Under the pieces are notes generated by a model, which did not search any database, had not been told where the DNA came from, and saw only the letters and a program-made list of their open reading frames with translations. A program made the position numbers and the translations under genes. Of a stretch of 64,000 nt of DNA, positions 47,591 to 60,469 are shown piece by piece. How positions within the stretch are numbered: the first letter of the stretch is position 1; each line of letters begins with the position of its first letter. Source of the stretch: Marsupella aquatica (lineage: Eukaryota; Plantae; Marchantiophyta); the NCBI GenBank assembly GCA_973895155.1, contig OZ316895.1:8730184-8794183 (forward strand), given 5' to 3'.

Positions 47591-50500
47591 CTGTTCATCA
47601 TCTTCAGTTGCTTGGGCAACTGAAACTTCTTTGCAAGATCGTTTGTTGTGGCCAACCTTTCCGCACCTGTTGCACGTACACTTTACATTACCCCGCTTCC
47701 TTTTCTTAGGTAGGATCTGAACCATTGGGAGGCCACTCGCAGAGTTTGCACTTGGAAACGGAATGCCTCTCTCATTGTCATCATCCATTGGATATCTGAG
47801 ACACAGCCTTCCTGTTGGATCAAGATGGAGGTCCTCCCCATTCCCTAAAGCCCTGGAACAAGTTTAATTCCCCATGAATTCTTACCATTCTATGTCGCCC
47901 ATTCACTATAGCAGGCTCTGGAGCATGACAACTTAAGCTCAATGGAAGGTGAGTGGAAACAAAGCTAGGTAATACACCATCATAAAGTAAAACCAAAGAC
48001 TGTGTCCGCCAGCATTTATGAAAATGCCTAGCCGGATTCTTTCCTGTTTCATCATCCCATGCCAGCATATGTTGGCATGGCCAAACCATCTCCTGCAGCT
48101 CCATGCAAGTGCACTTTGGTTTTGGTGACAAAGTGACAAGATACTCCTCACTCCCTGTTGTAGTCTGAATTTTGGCACTGGATTGACCATCACTGAATAC
48201 CTGTAGCATGACAGTATGAAATATGAAGCGTGAGACAATCCATCCTCCACATGTGGTGAAAATGTTCGTTACAAAAGGAAAAGAAAGAGCCAATCTGCAC
48301 CTGGAATTGTTGGAAGTTCTGCAAGTTGATATTGTATCGTAGTTGAGCTGGTTTTGACAGTGGTTCTTGTCTGCATGCAACCTCTATTCTCCTGTCTTTA
48401 AACTTTGTTGAATGTACACCCAAAGAGCCACCAACAACTTTCCAGGTGCTAGTAGACGGAATGGTAATAATCCAGAATTTGCTTGCTCGGCTGGATTACT
48501 TGTGACCTTACCCATGCTAGGGAGTGGGAATGCATGCCTGGCATAACATTTCACATCCAGACCGCGGATGTAATGTGCTACATCAACTCCCTTGCCGGCT
48601 ATCAATGAACCAGACAGTCGATCTAGCACAGACTCATATCTAAATTGAAAGAGACAGAATACATGAGTGACAATGTTTACAGAGACAGAATACATCAAGC
48701 ACAATGTTTGAATAGGCAAATTGCTTTCATATTGGTCCTAGTGAGTGTATTTACTTACTGGTGCACATCATTGGCATAGACACATCCGTAGAAGAATTCA
48801 CTTGCTATTCTACCATGCCTGGTCTTCACGTTTGCCCTCAAATGATTTGCGCACTGTGCATGGATCTTTCCTACTGTCCAAAAATAATAAATTAGATTTT
48901 GTACTCGAGTTAGCACAGTATCATCATAACTCTCAAATTTGACAGAATTAAGCAATCTAAGTGTGGAAGGGTGTTACCTGGCCAAATCTGACTTACAGCA
49001 ACAGTGAGACCCTTTTGACGATCTGACATGATGACAATGTCTTGACTACCAATGCCATATACAGCTCTGTCCATTAATTCTAGAAACCAAAGCCAGTTCT
49101 CTGTGTTTTCAACTGGTGCTACTCCATAGCAAAGTATGACACCGTTTGAGTTCCCATCCAGCTAGGCATGTAGCTAAAAATAGTTGAGTTGGATATTTTC
49201 TATTCTTGGTGTGACAAGCATCTAAACTAACCATCGGCTGAGTATAGTTAAGTGCTTTCCTGGTGGCAGATGGACATATGAATGCTCTGCAAAAAATGGT
49301 GGAGTCCTCCATAGTGCACCAATGTGCAACACAACCAGGGTCTGTCTCCCGAATCCTGTCAATCAATGTTGGGATCATCTGAAAAGATGATTTCTGTGAG
49401 CCAGCGGTCCAATGCCCTACAAGATCTTTGCCCCGCCACATTTGCTGGTAGTTACTTCCTCGCTTGTAGTCACCTTGGAAACCAGACAACAATTCCTTCA
49501 CAGGCATTTTCAGATTTCTGTGAGCCAGCGGTCCAATGCCCTACAAGATCTTTGCCCCGCCACATTTGCTGGTAGTTACTTCCTCGCTTGTAGTCACCTT
49601 GGAAACCAGACAACAATTCCTTCACAGGCATTTTCAGATTTCTGATGATTCTTGGAGCCAATGTTACCCCCAACCATGCAGACTTGTGAGTAGGAGCTCT
49701 CCACTTGTGAATGTGAGCAGCACAAGTATGTGTTAGTTCACATACAGTGATAATATGACCCCCACCCTTCACTCTACTGCAACGTACTCTGAAAGGACAT
49801 TCCTCCTCTGAGTAAAGCAAGTCTTCTGGACCTGGTTGAGAGGGCTTAGATCTGGACAACTATCCACAAGCTCCAGTTGCAGATGGCTTCCTAGTTTTCT
49901 GTTGACCAGGTTTACGTGGGTGTTGCGAACCAGGTAACCAAACGCTAGTGTGTTGGACTATGGACTTTGGTCTGTTGTGCACAACTCTTCCTTGTGTAGA
50001 CAAAACAGTATTTTTGTGCACAGTTTGTTGTACAGATATAGGTGCATTTTGGTGCACGGATTGTTGTGTAGACAATGACACATTTGTCTGCATGGTGTTC
50101 GCTTGAATGGCTGAAAGCGGTGCACGAGGTTGCTGACGAGCAAGAGTGATCTGATTAATGGCATTATGAAATTGACGATCTTCAATCTGCAAAACCCCAT
50201 GATTGTACACACCAAGAATTTGAGCAAGTGATTGTAGGATGTCCCAAAATAAAAAAGGGTGTGGCATTGGTGGCAGTGGCAGCGGCAGCACACACCTCTG
50301 CTTGACTGCGATATCTATTCTCTTGTTGTGTAGTTTGCTGCAATGTCTGAGACCTTGGTCCTTTCGATCGTCTTCCACTCCAATGGCCATATCTGCTATG
50401 AAACTCATGCTCACCTTCTGACTCTTCATCCTCTTCCTCAAATTGAAGCTGCCACTAGTTGGTTCCTCCGTAGCATGTGAACCAATGTTGTCATTGTCAC

Positions 50501-51080
50501 CATGGTCATCACAAGCTGCCTCATCATCGACTACCTGTTTCGATCTAGCAATCTTTCCAAACCTGCATACACGAATACATCAATTTGCAAACGTCTTGTA
50601 TCTGGACATGGCTCGACCATTCATCATAGCCAGAGAATCTAGGCACCGATCAAACTCTTCAAAGCTATTGAAGTGCTCTCCCAACTTGATTCAAGCAGCC
50701 TCTGCTGCCACTGTAATAGAGGAAGACATGTCATCACGTTAATATGTATACAATGACATCAATGTTCATGTGCGGAAGCTACATGCTTGGATGGGAACTC
50801 AAACGGTGTCATACTTTCAAATCACATTGGATTGACACACATTGTATGAAAATAAGAAATGTCCAGACAATCTGATGGCACCTTCTTCAGCAGTTCTGCC
50901 ATCCAATATCCTCGAGGGGTTCTCAACATTCTTTCGAGCCCTCTGACGTTCTTGTGTGTCTTGCGTTCGTGCCCTCTCATGATAGGGGACATTGACTTCC
51001 CAAACATCACCTCTGGTCCACAAATGCATTGAGTCATTGTCCTCCATGCCTGACACTGTCCCTCTAAGCGTATTGTACAC
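47591..51080 (-). pseudogene. MULE (MuDRA-like) transposase, multi-exon, decayed
   Basis: CPFRV...HTC (WRKY/FLYWCH-like), VSLDACH...LFLATC, SDRQKGL, CANHLRAN, TSNPAEQAN, SWIM CTC...PCQH, zinc knuckle CNRCGKVGHNKRSC. Interrupted at the 5' side by CACTA and in its last intron by the Sola-like element. Confidence 0.88.
49389..49644. repeat. Perfect 124-bp tandem duplication frameshifting the MULE transposase
   Basis: 49389-49512 = 49513-49636, bounded by the 8-bp microhomology GATTTCTG. Confidence 0.92.
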
Positions 51081-52519
51081 ACACTAGTAGAAATACCCCC
51101 TATTTTTGACCAAACCACTATTGACTACTGTGACAAGGTTATGGAAGTTTAGGGTGTTATCACTACATATGTCTTAAGTATCACTTCCACAAAGTTTCCA
51201 CTCATTTGTTGCGACTCCTTTGCGATGTTGACTTTACCTACTCTTTTCAATCACTCATTCTTCAAGGTGCAAGGGACATTGTTCATGGTTCAAGGTTGTC
51301 CATGCACCTTTGAAGTTGGATGGGGGATACCACTTAATTACAACATCCCATCATAAGGAAAATGGCAGGTCCACTATCTAAGCTGATTGTCTTAGTTTAG
51401 GGTTCTTATGTGAGTGAGTGCTACTCACCAATTGCCAAACATTCAAGCTTTTTATGTGAGAAAGCTTCAAATAGTAGAGGTACCCCCTTACATGAGCCCC
51501 TTACATGTCACTGGCTGAGAACCTTAGTACTCTCCACCCTTGTGCGTGGGAGCAAATGTAGGGTCTTCGTCCGCAAAGAGGGTTTACAAAGGGGAGGGGA
51601 GGTGGAGCGAATGAGGCGACTCATTGAGAGGGGCGATCGATAGTCGATCAATCAAGGAGGGAACGAAGGTTTATGGAGAAACAATGGGATTCTTAGTGTG
51701 CAGTGTGTCGGGCTCTCTATGATTTCAGGGAGGAGGAAGGGTTTGACACCACACTTGAAGCGACCTGACCACATTCAATCGGGTGCTGGGTGCATTTGCG
51801 AGTGCTCCCTGAAGGCATTGCGGGGGCATTGCGGGAAATTTTAGGGTCGGACGCCAAGTTCATGGTGCGGGGGTCCGTCTTCCGCCATTAGCTTTGTAAG
51901 TCTTTACCTCTGTGCCTTGCATAGCATTGGGAGATGAGAGGAGAGGAAGTGCTTCTTGCTCTTGCGGTCGAAGACTCTCTGTGATTGAAGGGAGGAGGAA
52001 GGGTTTAGGGCCACACTTGAAGCGCAACGTGACCACATTCAATCAGGTGCTAAGTGCGTCTGCAAGTGCTCCCCGAAGGCATTGCTTCCCGAAGGCATTG
52101 TAGGGGCATTGCAGGAAGACTTGGCGGGTCAAACGCAAAGTTGAAGGTGCGGGGGGTCCATCTTCCGCCATTTTCTTGTTGGGTTGTTCTTCGGTCAAGA
52201 GGAGAACGAGCTAGAACAAAAACGCGCTGCGACATTGGAGCGGGCGACATTGGAAGTGCCAGGTTTAGGGTGTCAACTTGTTTTCAAGACTGCTGATCTC
52301 TGGTGCGGTGTTGGGTGCGGCTGGTGTTCAGGCAGAGGTGAGAGGTCCCGTGCGACGCACTGTGGTGCTTCATTGTGCTCTGTTTGTACTCTGTTTGTTC
52401 ATCTTAACTCTGGAAAATTAATGACAGCGAAAACTATGGTTCATATATAGAAGGTCGTCCCTATTCGAGACCTCTCTTGCTGAATTCTCACCTCACTCTC
52501 TCTCGCCCTCTCTCTCGGT

Positions 52520-52592
52520 CTCGCTCTTCCATCGTGTGTCGCTCTTCCATCGTGTCTCGCTCTTCCATCGTGTCTCGCTCTTCCATCGTGTC
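52520..52592. repeat. 18-bp tandem repeat x4
   Basis: TCGCTCTTCCATCGTGT(G/C) repeated. Confidence 0.85.
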
Positions 52593-53852
52593 CGCTCTCT
52601 GTTGCAGATTTCTCTCTCTTGCAATCCTCAAGTACGTGTCATCATCTCTCCCTCTCTTATGCACGCCCATCACTATAGCAATCTCATGTCGGGGTCGGCG
52701 TCGAACTTGGATTTCACTATGGAAATGTAGATGGGATCACAGTATATTGTCAGCACTTTCATTCTGCTTTGGCTTGAATTGCTCTAATCTTATACACTAG
52801 TATTCTAGTGTGCAAAAGTGTTGTGCAGAACTAAGGTGGGGTGCGGGGGGTTTTTCTTTGCCTTTGCTGAGCTGCGATTTCAACTCAACGGTCCTGTCCT
52901 TAGTCGCTTAGTGCTTATTTGTGTCTTGCAACAACTTTTTAGACCTGCGCGCTTGCAATGCTTGTACTTTCAGAATCCCAGACTTTAGAGTATACTCTTG
53001 TACTGTCAATGACTAAATTAGAAGTTATTACGCGCGCCCTATATGCTTCACTTGTGTCTTTGGAGGCTTTCGGATTAGAGGTTGCACAAAGCATGGATGT
53101 CATAGCCCTAAACTTCAAATTTTCCTGCATGCAATTCTACCTCTACATTCATGTTTCGGCAACAGGAAGAACGCAAAGGGAGCAGGTCACTCTTCCATTG
53201 ACTACTTTGCCACTGTATGTATTCAATGTACAGGACATTAGTCAAATGTGATGTACTCTATAATGTACTCCTCCACGGACAACTAATGAGCCACAGAACT
53301 GATGAGCCACACTCTGTCTATGGCACTTGCAGATCATTTTTCCACCCGTTCGAGAGCTTTCTCTTTTGCCAAGCTAGGCACAAAGAAATCATTCCAGGGT
53401 TTTGTCAACTCTTGAGGTTTGTAATCACTCAGAGCCCTCTACATTGTCATTGCTTTGTCTGGGATTTGATTTTATGTATGGGGCGTCGATTGTATTCTAC
53501 TGGCCTTCTTGCTGTGCTGAGCAATGTCCTACTGTGGACTTTTGAATTCTTCTGCTGGTTCCCCCTATTTTTGTGGCCCCCAAAATTTATAAAAATTAAT
53601 GTGTGAAAATGCTAGCCCAACAATTGTCCACCTTTAATGGCAAAAATTGTTCAGTAATTGCCTGTGTCCAATCTCAAAGTCCTAAACTTAAAATTTCCTC
53701 CATGCACACAACCCGTCTTGAATTTACAGCTTGAAATTACAGTTTCTCAAATCTTTGGTATTAATTCATAGTTTTAGTTTCTCATTCCTTGCATGCGTCA
53801 CTACGTCACTGACTCTGGCCATATTGTGTTGTTTTCTGTCGGGGTAGAAGTC

Positions 53853-54575
53853 ATGGCTCGTCCAAAATGGCCAGCACGTAGAGGCGGATCACAGGTGAGG
53901 CACCATTCCATGAGTAGACACCATCATTGGTCCAATGCACAAATTCATCAGAAAGCCGCTCAGGTTTGTGCCATTTGTGACAATGGAGGTGACCTGGTCA
54001 TGTGTGATGGCCCCTGCCTGAGACAATTCCATGTCAATTCCTGGTCCACTTATGCACCACATAATACATGCCCTGGGGTTGGGCTCCGGGGGGACCATCG
54101 GGGTGCTTGGACTTGCTTTGATTGTGCCACTAATATCAGCAAGTGTGCTCAATGTGGCACAAACGGCACTGTTGGGGGGGATCAACCAGAGCTGCGGAAA
54201 TGTCCTGACAGGTTTTGTGTTTGTTTTTTTTGTTTGACATGCCTGCCCCATGATAACTCTCTTTTCCCACTACATATTTGTCCTGCTTGTGGGGAGCCTG
54301 ATGATGACTACTGGATAGTCATGGTCCATTGTCCCAGATGTCCCACAGCCTGGCACCATGAGTGTTTACTAGCCCTTCAGGCAGAAGGGTATGCATGTGA
54401 CCGCCAAATTTATTCCCACTCTGCACACGGGGTTGATAGGTGGTTTTTGTATTGCCACCTCCATACGATTGACCCTCATTTGCAGACCCCTGCGAGAGAC
54501 CATTTGACTTGGCTATTGCTGGATGACACCTCCAGCGCCAGCAACAAAACAAGTGGATCAGCACCAACAGGCTGA
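53853..54575 (+). CDS. EDM2-like composite (triple) PHD-finger protein, intronless, CACTA cargo
   Basis: CAICDNGGDLVMCDGPCLRQFH...CFDC...CAQCG...PLHICPAC...CPRCPTAWHHECL...LYCHLHTID..LQTPARDHL parallels the PHD region of plant EDM2 (CAICDNGG, CRRCPK.YH.KCL, TP.RDH). Confidence 0.75.
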   Translation: MARPKWPARRGGSQVRHHSMSRHHHWSNAQIHQKAAQVCAICDNGGDLVMCDGPCLRQFHVNSWSTYAPHNTCPGVGLRGDHRGAWTCFDCATNISKCAQCGTNGTVGGDQPELRKCPDRFCVCFFCLTCLPHDNSLFPLHICPACGEPDDDYWIVMVHCPRCPTAWHHECLLALQAEGYACDRQIYSHSAHGVDRWFLYCHLHTIDPHLQTPARDHLTWLLLDDTSSASNKTSGSAPTG

Positions 54576-55455
54576 GCAAAATGAATCCAACATTTCACAT
54601 CTCACATTTTGGACTTTTTAATGAAGTGGGCACCTCACTGCACTGTCTACCATAGCTCAGAGACACCCCGCTACAGTGAGCTGTCGATCGGCTTTGTGAC
54701 TGCATAGTAAATTTGGATTTTGATTTTTCAGTTCAGCCATACATGGTTCTGTCCTTATACTTTCGTACACGATGACACCTCAAAAACTAAGTTAACTTAT
54801 ATTTTGAAGACTGATTAAGTTAATTGCAATTTCAAAGTTAGGGCCTGCACAAGGATGTCTGTGTTTTTTCCACTTTCAGTGTGTATGGTAAGAGACCATA
54901 ACTGTGAAAGACTAAAGATTCCAAGCAGACTGTTGCCTGGAGTAAAACAACATGCATGCATTGGAGTATGAAAATACATATATAGCTACCATTATGTATT
55001 TGTTTCGGCTCTTAACAAAGGTCATCTTAAGTCGTGTGCCTGACCCATATATTTGTACAATTACAGATGTGACTGGAAATTGGACAGTTTAATGATATCA
55101 TTCTCAGTCCCCACCACTGTCACGTAAGATACAGGTATTCGAATGTGAATTCAGGCTATATGCAGACAGGACAATATAAAGGGCCACATGTATACTGAAG
55201 CAGGCTGTCGTTCTACGTTCATCAATGTAATTACATGAACACATGGTGAAAATAATTTGACTTAAGAGTATATGGTTTGTCCTATAACTCCGTGTTGGGA
55301 TTTACTGCATGTACTGACTTTCGATCCTGTCATGTGGGCCACAATCAGGGAGCTAGAGTGCACTTTGTGTCATCAGAGAGCATTGGGCTGAAGCATTAGG
55401 GACAGGCAACACGGGCACTGGTATTTCTCTATTGGCTTTTATTACAGGAGGCATC

Positions 55456-56385
55456 ATGCCTTCCAAACGGAAGCGTGAACCTGTCCCCCTTCCACCTTCC
55501 CAGTGTGCTCCCATCTTCCAAGGGGTCAGAGTCTTTTTTGTCCCAGGTATTCAAAGTGCAAGATTGAATATCCTTAGGAGAAAACTCATTGAGCATCACG
55601 GTACAGAGACACAATGTCAACTACAAGACATTCAAGTCACCCATATTATTGCAGAAACATGGGAACATTGTCTGAAAATGGCATCTTGGTCGGTTTTTTA
55701 TGACAAAGTCTTCTTGAGGCATGTCAAAGTACTTTCAGCAGAATGGATGTCTGACTCCCTTAGAAAAGGGAGTGTCCAAGATCTTGATGATTACAATTTG
55801 TTTGAGAGCAAGTACAACAGTGTCCAAATGATGAAAGATAGCCGAGATTGGCACAAGGCTCGTAGAATTGCAGGGAGAGGTGGGAGTAGGGTTCCGTCTA
55901 TTGACCAGATCACAAAAGTATACAATAACATTATCCCATATGAGACAGAACCCATCCCAGACCATACAATGTTCAGAGGTGTGAGGGCTGTTATACTTGA
56001 CAAGTCTATCAAGCCATATAGGGTTTGTCGTTTCAAGAGGGAGATCAGTAGAAGAGGTGGTACAGTGATTGAGAAGCTCACTAATGAGACCACCCATCTC
56101 ATTGCTCATTCATATTCTAAGGCATGCCGAGAGTATGGAAAGTCTGTGGTACGATGGCTCATCGCACATGGGCTGTGTGTGGTCTGCCCTGAATGGGTCA
56201 GGCAGTCACTTTCGGAAAATATGCGATTGGATGAGCATAAATTCGATTTAAATGAAGTATGGCCAGCAAAGCCATTCATCCCTATGACGACCCAGAATAT
56301 GTTACTTCTGAGTTCCAAACCACGGATGAAGAGTTTTCTGATAGTGCGTATGATTCTGTTAGCCCTAATGATTATGAATAAGTAA
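55456..56385 (+). CDS. Tandem BRCT-domain protein (DNA polymerase lambda-like BRCT), CACTA cargo
   Basis: Two repeats: IFQGVRVFF...VTHIIA...EWMSDSL and MFRGVRAVI...GGTVIEKLTNETTHLIA...PEWVRQSL. The 3' end may be frameshifted. Confidence 0.75.
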   Translation: MPSKRKREPVPLPPSQCAPIFQGVRVFFVPGIQSARLNILRRKLIEHHGTETQCQLQDIQVTHIIAETWEHCLKMASWSVFYDKVFLRHVKVLSAEWMSDSLRKGSVQDLDDYNLFESKYNSVQMMKDSRDWHKARRIAGRGGSRVPSIDQITKVYNNIIPYETEPIPDHTMFRGVRAVILDKSIKPYRVCRFKREISRRGGTVIEKLTNETTHLIAHSYSKACREYGKSVVRWLIAHGLCVVCPEWVRQSLSENMRLDEHKFDLNEVWPAKPFIPMTTQNMLLLSSKPRMKSFLIVRMILLALMIMNK

Positions 56386-56792
56386 GGTCTCAACTGTCCG
56401 TATGCTAGACGGTTACATTTTTGAAATAAAGTTTTGTGTGTTATTTTTGGTCTATAAGACATTACTCCTTTTCATCCTCCAAATGTCTGGGTTTTGCATT
56501 TGGAGATGTATGGCAGTGTATGATGTACGTTGTACCATTGACTGGTCAATGACCAAGCACCTCACTGATTATAGCAAGTCTGTTATGATGTTGCTGCCTG
56601 CAGTGAGCAGATGATACGTGAGCAGGTCGGGCGCCAGCACAGAGCGGACTTGATAGTGAGTGTACACCGTGTCTGTGATATTTCCTTCATGAAACTTGCA
56701 TGTGTCCCTCCATGTACTTAGAATATGCAATTGTATAAGCCTGTCTAGTGCAAAGGGTACATAGCCAAGGTGTGCCTACGACAGTTGAAGGT

Positions 56793-59700
56793 ATGGATCA
56801 GGCAAATGAGGATGGACAATTGGGGCAAAGGAATCAGACACATACCAATGAACTGCGACTCCCTTTGCATCACCCACTGAGGATTGCACGTCATGACTCC
56901 AAGTTGTGGAATAGAGAGGTGCTTAGAGCAAGCCAGGGCAGAAATGCCCGGATGAGATGCCCCTGCATGCAATATCGAGGATACCACTCAATGACCCTGA
57001 ACCAAGTGCATTCTCATCTTCAAAGGCATGGAAGACATCCAGTCCGCAGGGTGTGGAATGTGCCAGAGGAAGAGGATTCATCGGATGATGAATGGAGGGC
57101 AGATTTTGAAAATGTGAATACAGCAAGACGCTCTGCATTCTTTCATAACGTCACTGGTCATGCAGGCAACAATGCCAAAGATGAGTATGTTCCACAGGGA
57201 GGTCCCGAGACTTCTAATGAGGACGGGGCAGATGTTCCTAGGATGGTTTCGGACATTTTTGAAGACCTGGATGCACTTTATGAAGATGCAGAGGCACAGG
57301 GGGACGAAGAAGCAGACATGCATGGTGCAGGCCCGTCGGACCAAGAAGAGTTTGACATTGGAGAAGGAGTTGGAGATGATGGTCAATTCTTGGGAGCTGG
57401 GGCCTACTTGGAGGAAGCTACGTCCCCATTGTATGGTGGTGCAAATTGCTCCAAACTAGGGTTCATAGTGATGTTCCTCAATATATGTGGATGTCACCGT
57501 GTGCCCAACATATGTGTAACAGAGTTGTTGATGTTCCTACAGAGGACAGTACTACCCGCTGGAAACATTGCTCCTAAGAACATGTATGAGGCAAAGAAGG
57601 TGATGAGCAAACTTGGTTTGAATTATGTGTCCATCCATGCATGCCCAGATGGCCATGTACTTTTCAGAAAAGAATATGCTGATTGCCTATCCTGCCCTAT
57701 CTGCGGAAAGCACAGATATAAGAACGTGGGGAAGTCAACTCAACGTGCTAAGGTCCTACGGCATTTCCCTCTCATTCCAAGATTGCAGCGCCTTTATAGG
57801 TGTCCATCCATTTCTAAGATGATGACTTGGACCTCTGATCACAAGAGTACAGATGGTTTGCAACGTCACGTTGGAGATTCCAACCATTGGAAGTACATAG
57901 ATGAGAAGTGGCCAGACTTTGCAGCAGAGAGTAGAAATGTGAGGTTTGGTCTAAGCCTCGACGGTGCTAATCCATTTGGAGACAAGAACAATGTGTATTC
58001 TTCCTGGCCAGTGACTTTGATAAATTATAATCTCCCGCCTTGGATATCCACCAAGTGTTTTTTTGTGATCTTGTGTCTTATGATTCCCAGCCCAAACTCT
58101 GCTATAAGTGCAAACATAGATGTTTGGTTGGCCCCTGCTGTGGAGGAATGGGTTATTCTATGGACACATGGAGTTATGACAGTTGATGCACTTTGTGGAC
58201 CTGGTAGACCGAGGATATTCAACCTACGTGCAATGTGTGTTAATTCGATAGCAGACTACCCTGGACATAGCATGATATCTGGGCAGGTAGGGAAGGGATA
58301 TCTGGGTTGCACACGATGTGGCCTAGATGTTACATCTGAACGGTTTGCTTCCTTGGGCAGTATCAAATTCATGGGCCACAGGCGATATCTTCCTGCCGAC
58401 CACCCTTTCAGGCACAGGCCATCCCACATAGCCCGCTTCAACAACCAGAGGGAGCTTTGAGAGTCTCCTTTGTTGGTTAGTAGAGATCAACTTCTGCAGT
58501 GGGGACTGAACAAGGTGTCTTATGATGAATATGGTGCTTCCAGAGACGTGCCAGACGACCCAGCAAAGACTCATGGCATCAAAAGGTAGACAATCATGGA
58601 CACATCATTGGAGTATTGGAAGGTAACATTTGCATATTCACTTGTACTCAGTGAACCTATTCACAACAGTTTTTAGTTATTGTGTCTGAACCTAATTGTG
58701 GCAATCATGCGTACTTCATGGGTGCAGGATTTTGAACCAAGCAAACATAACATTGATGTAATGCACATTGAGAAGAATGTATGCGAAAGTCTTTTGAAGT
58801 TTCTGTCAGGGGACAACGATACTGCAGCAGTACGAAAGGACCTTCAGGAGAAGGGCATTCGTCCTCAACTTTGGCTGCAAGAATCCCAAAATAGGCCGGG
58901 TGTGGTATTCAAGTACCAAGCTCCATATGTTTGCACCCAGAACGAGTGGAACACAGTTTTGTCTAGGCTGAGTTCGTTCAAAGTACCCTCTGGGTATGCT
59001 GGAGCCTTTGCAAAGCATATAAGGAAGAAGAAGTTGGGAAGCATGAAAACTCATGACTTCCATGTTATGATGCAAGACATTCTACCAGTATGTCTGAGGG
59101 GATTGATGCAAAAACCAGTTCGCAATGTCATTTTGAGACTGTGTCAGATCTTTTGCCGTATTTGTGTCAAGGTGTGGGACCCTACAACATTTCCTCAGTT
59201 AAAGGCAGATACTGTGCGTGTGCTTTGTGACTTGGAGATCTATGTCCCGCCAGCATTTTTTGATGTCATGACTCATTTGATCATCCATGCGGTTGAAGAT
59301 CTGGGCCACTATGGCCCAGTGAGTACAAGGTGGATGTATCCAATGGAACGGTACATGAAGTTGCTAAAAGGCCATGTACATACTTATTACAGGCCTGAAG
59401 CAAGCATGGCTCTCGGTTACATTCAAGAAGAGACCTTGGGGTTCCTAACAGAATACATGGCTGGTGTAGACAGTGTTACGAGCAGGGTGTGGGATGCTGA
59501 GGAAGAAGAGGGGGTGGCTGGAGAGGTTCTTCAAGGCGCTTTTACTTCCATGCAATTTTCTGCAGAAGTTCGTGATGCAGCACACTTATATGTGTTACAC
59601 AATACAGTCATGATGCAACCTTGGTGGCAGTGAGTACTCATGTTTCCGCACCCTCCTTGCATTCCTTCTTTATTCATATCCATTTTGGTAGGATATGTAC

Positions 59701-60469
59701 ATTGTATTGAGAAATTGTTCTCATTGTCATCATTGTATGCAGGGAATATAATGTGCAGAAGGCCGCCCAATTAGGGTTAAATCACCAGGCATTCCCTACT
59801 TTTCCTGAGTGGATCAGGACAACAATTCAAGAGCATAGCAGGCAGAACCCAAACATGGATAGAGATGTTCTCCTCTTGTCTGTGCCTCCCAGACGTATTG
59901 TACAGCGGTATAAACGGATGAAAGCATATGGGAATCAGTACCGTGTGCATGATGATGAGGACAAGCATTTAGTGACATATAATTTGGGGGTAATATCTGT
60001 GTTTGAGCATATAGATGCTCAGAACAACAGGGGCTGCATGGAGATAGGATATGTCGGGGAGTTGGCAGACATCTGGGCACTGAATTATGGGAACACAACA
60101 CAACAAATCATCCTAATGAAAGGTTCATGGGTGAAGCCAGATTGGCATGGGCCAAGAGCAACCATGAAACGGGATATGTATGGCTTTCTAATGGTCAATT
60201 TTAACCAAAGACTGGCAGAATGGATGGAGCCTTTTGTGTTCCCAAGTCAAGTTGAGCAAGTGTTTTTTTTAGATGTGGAGGAGTCTCGTGGTTGGCGTGT
60301 AGTCTGCCATAGCTCACCTAGAGTTCGAAGGATGGAGGGTACTAAAATAGAGTTCAGTTTGGATGCACATGGGGCCTTTGAACCACTAGTAGAAAATGGG
60401 GCCTTTTATGACTATGACACATATGACTTATGTGCCCAAATGACAATATATGTCAATGACAGGACATGA
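56793..60469 (+). pseudogene. CACTA TnpD/Tnp2-type transposase, one premature stop (58458-58460), two introns
   Basis: RCPC...HL..HG, IHACPDGHVLF...CPICG, LRHFPLIPRLQRLY, RFGLSLDGANPFG, SSWPV, YNLPPW, DVMHIEKNV, KTHDFH, WMYPMERYM, EPFVFPSQVEQVFF. Confidence 0.93.

Noticed and set aside
52795-52810. CACTAGTATTCTAGTG as a CACTA terminus
   Set aside because: Short palindrome only; does not match the 51082 end beyond CACTAGTA and has no TSD support.
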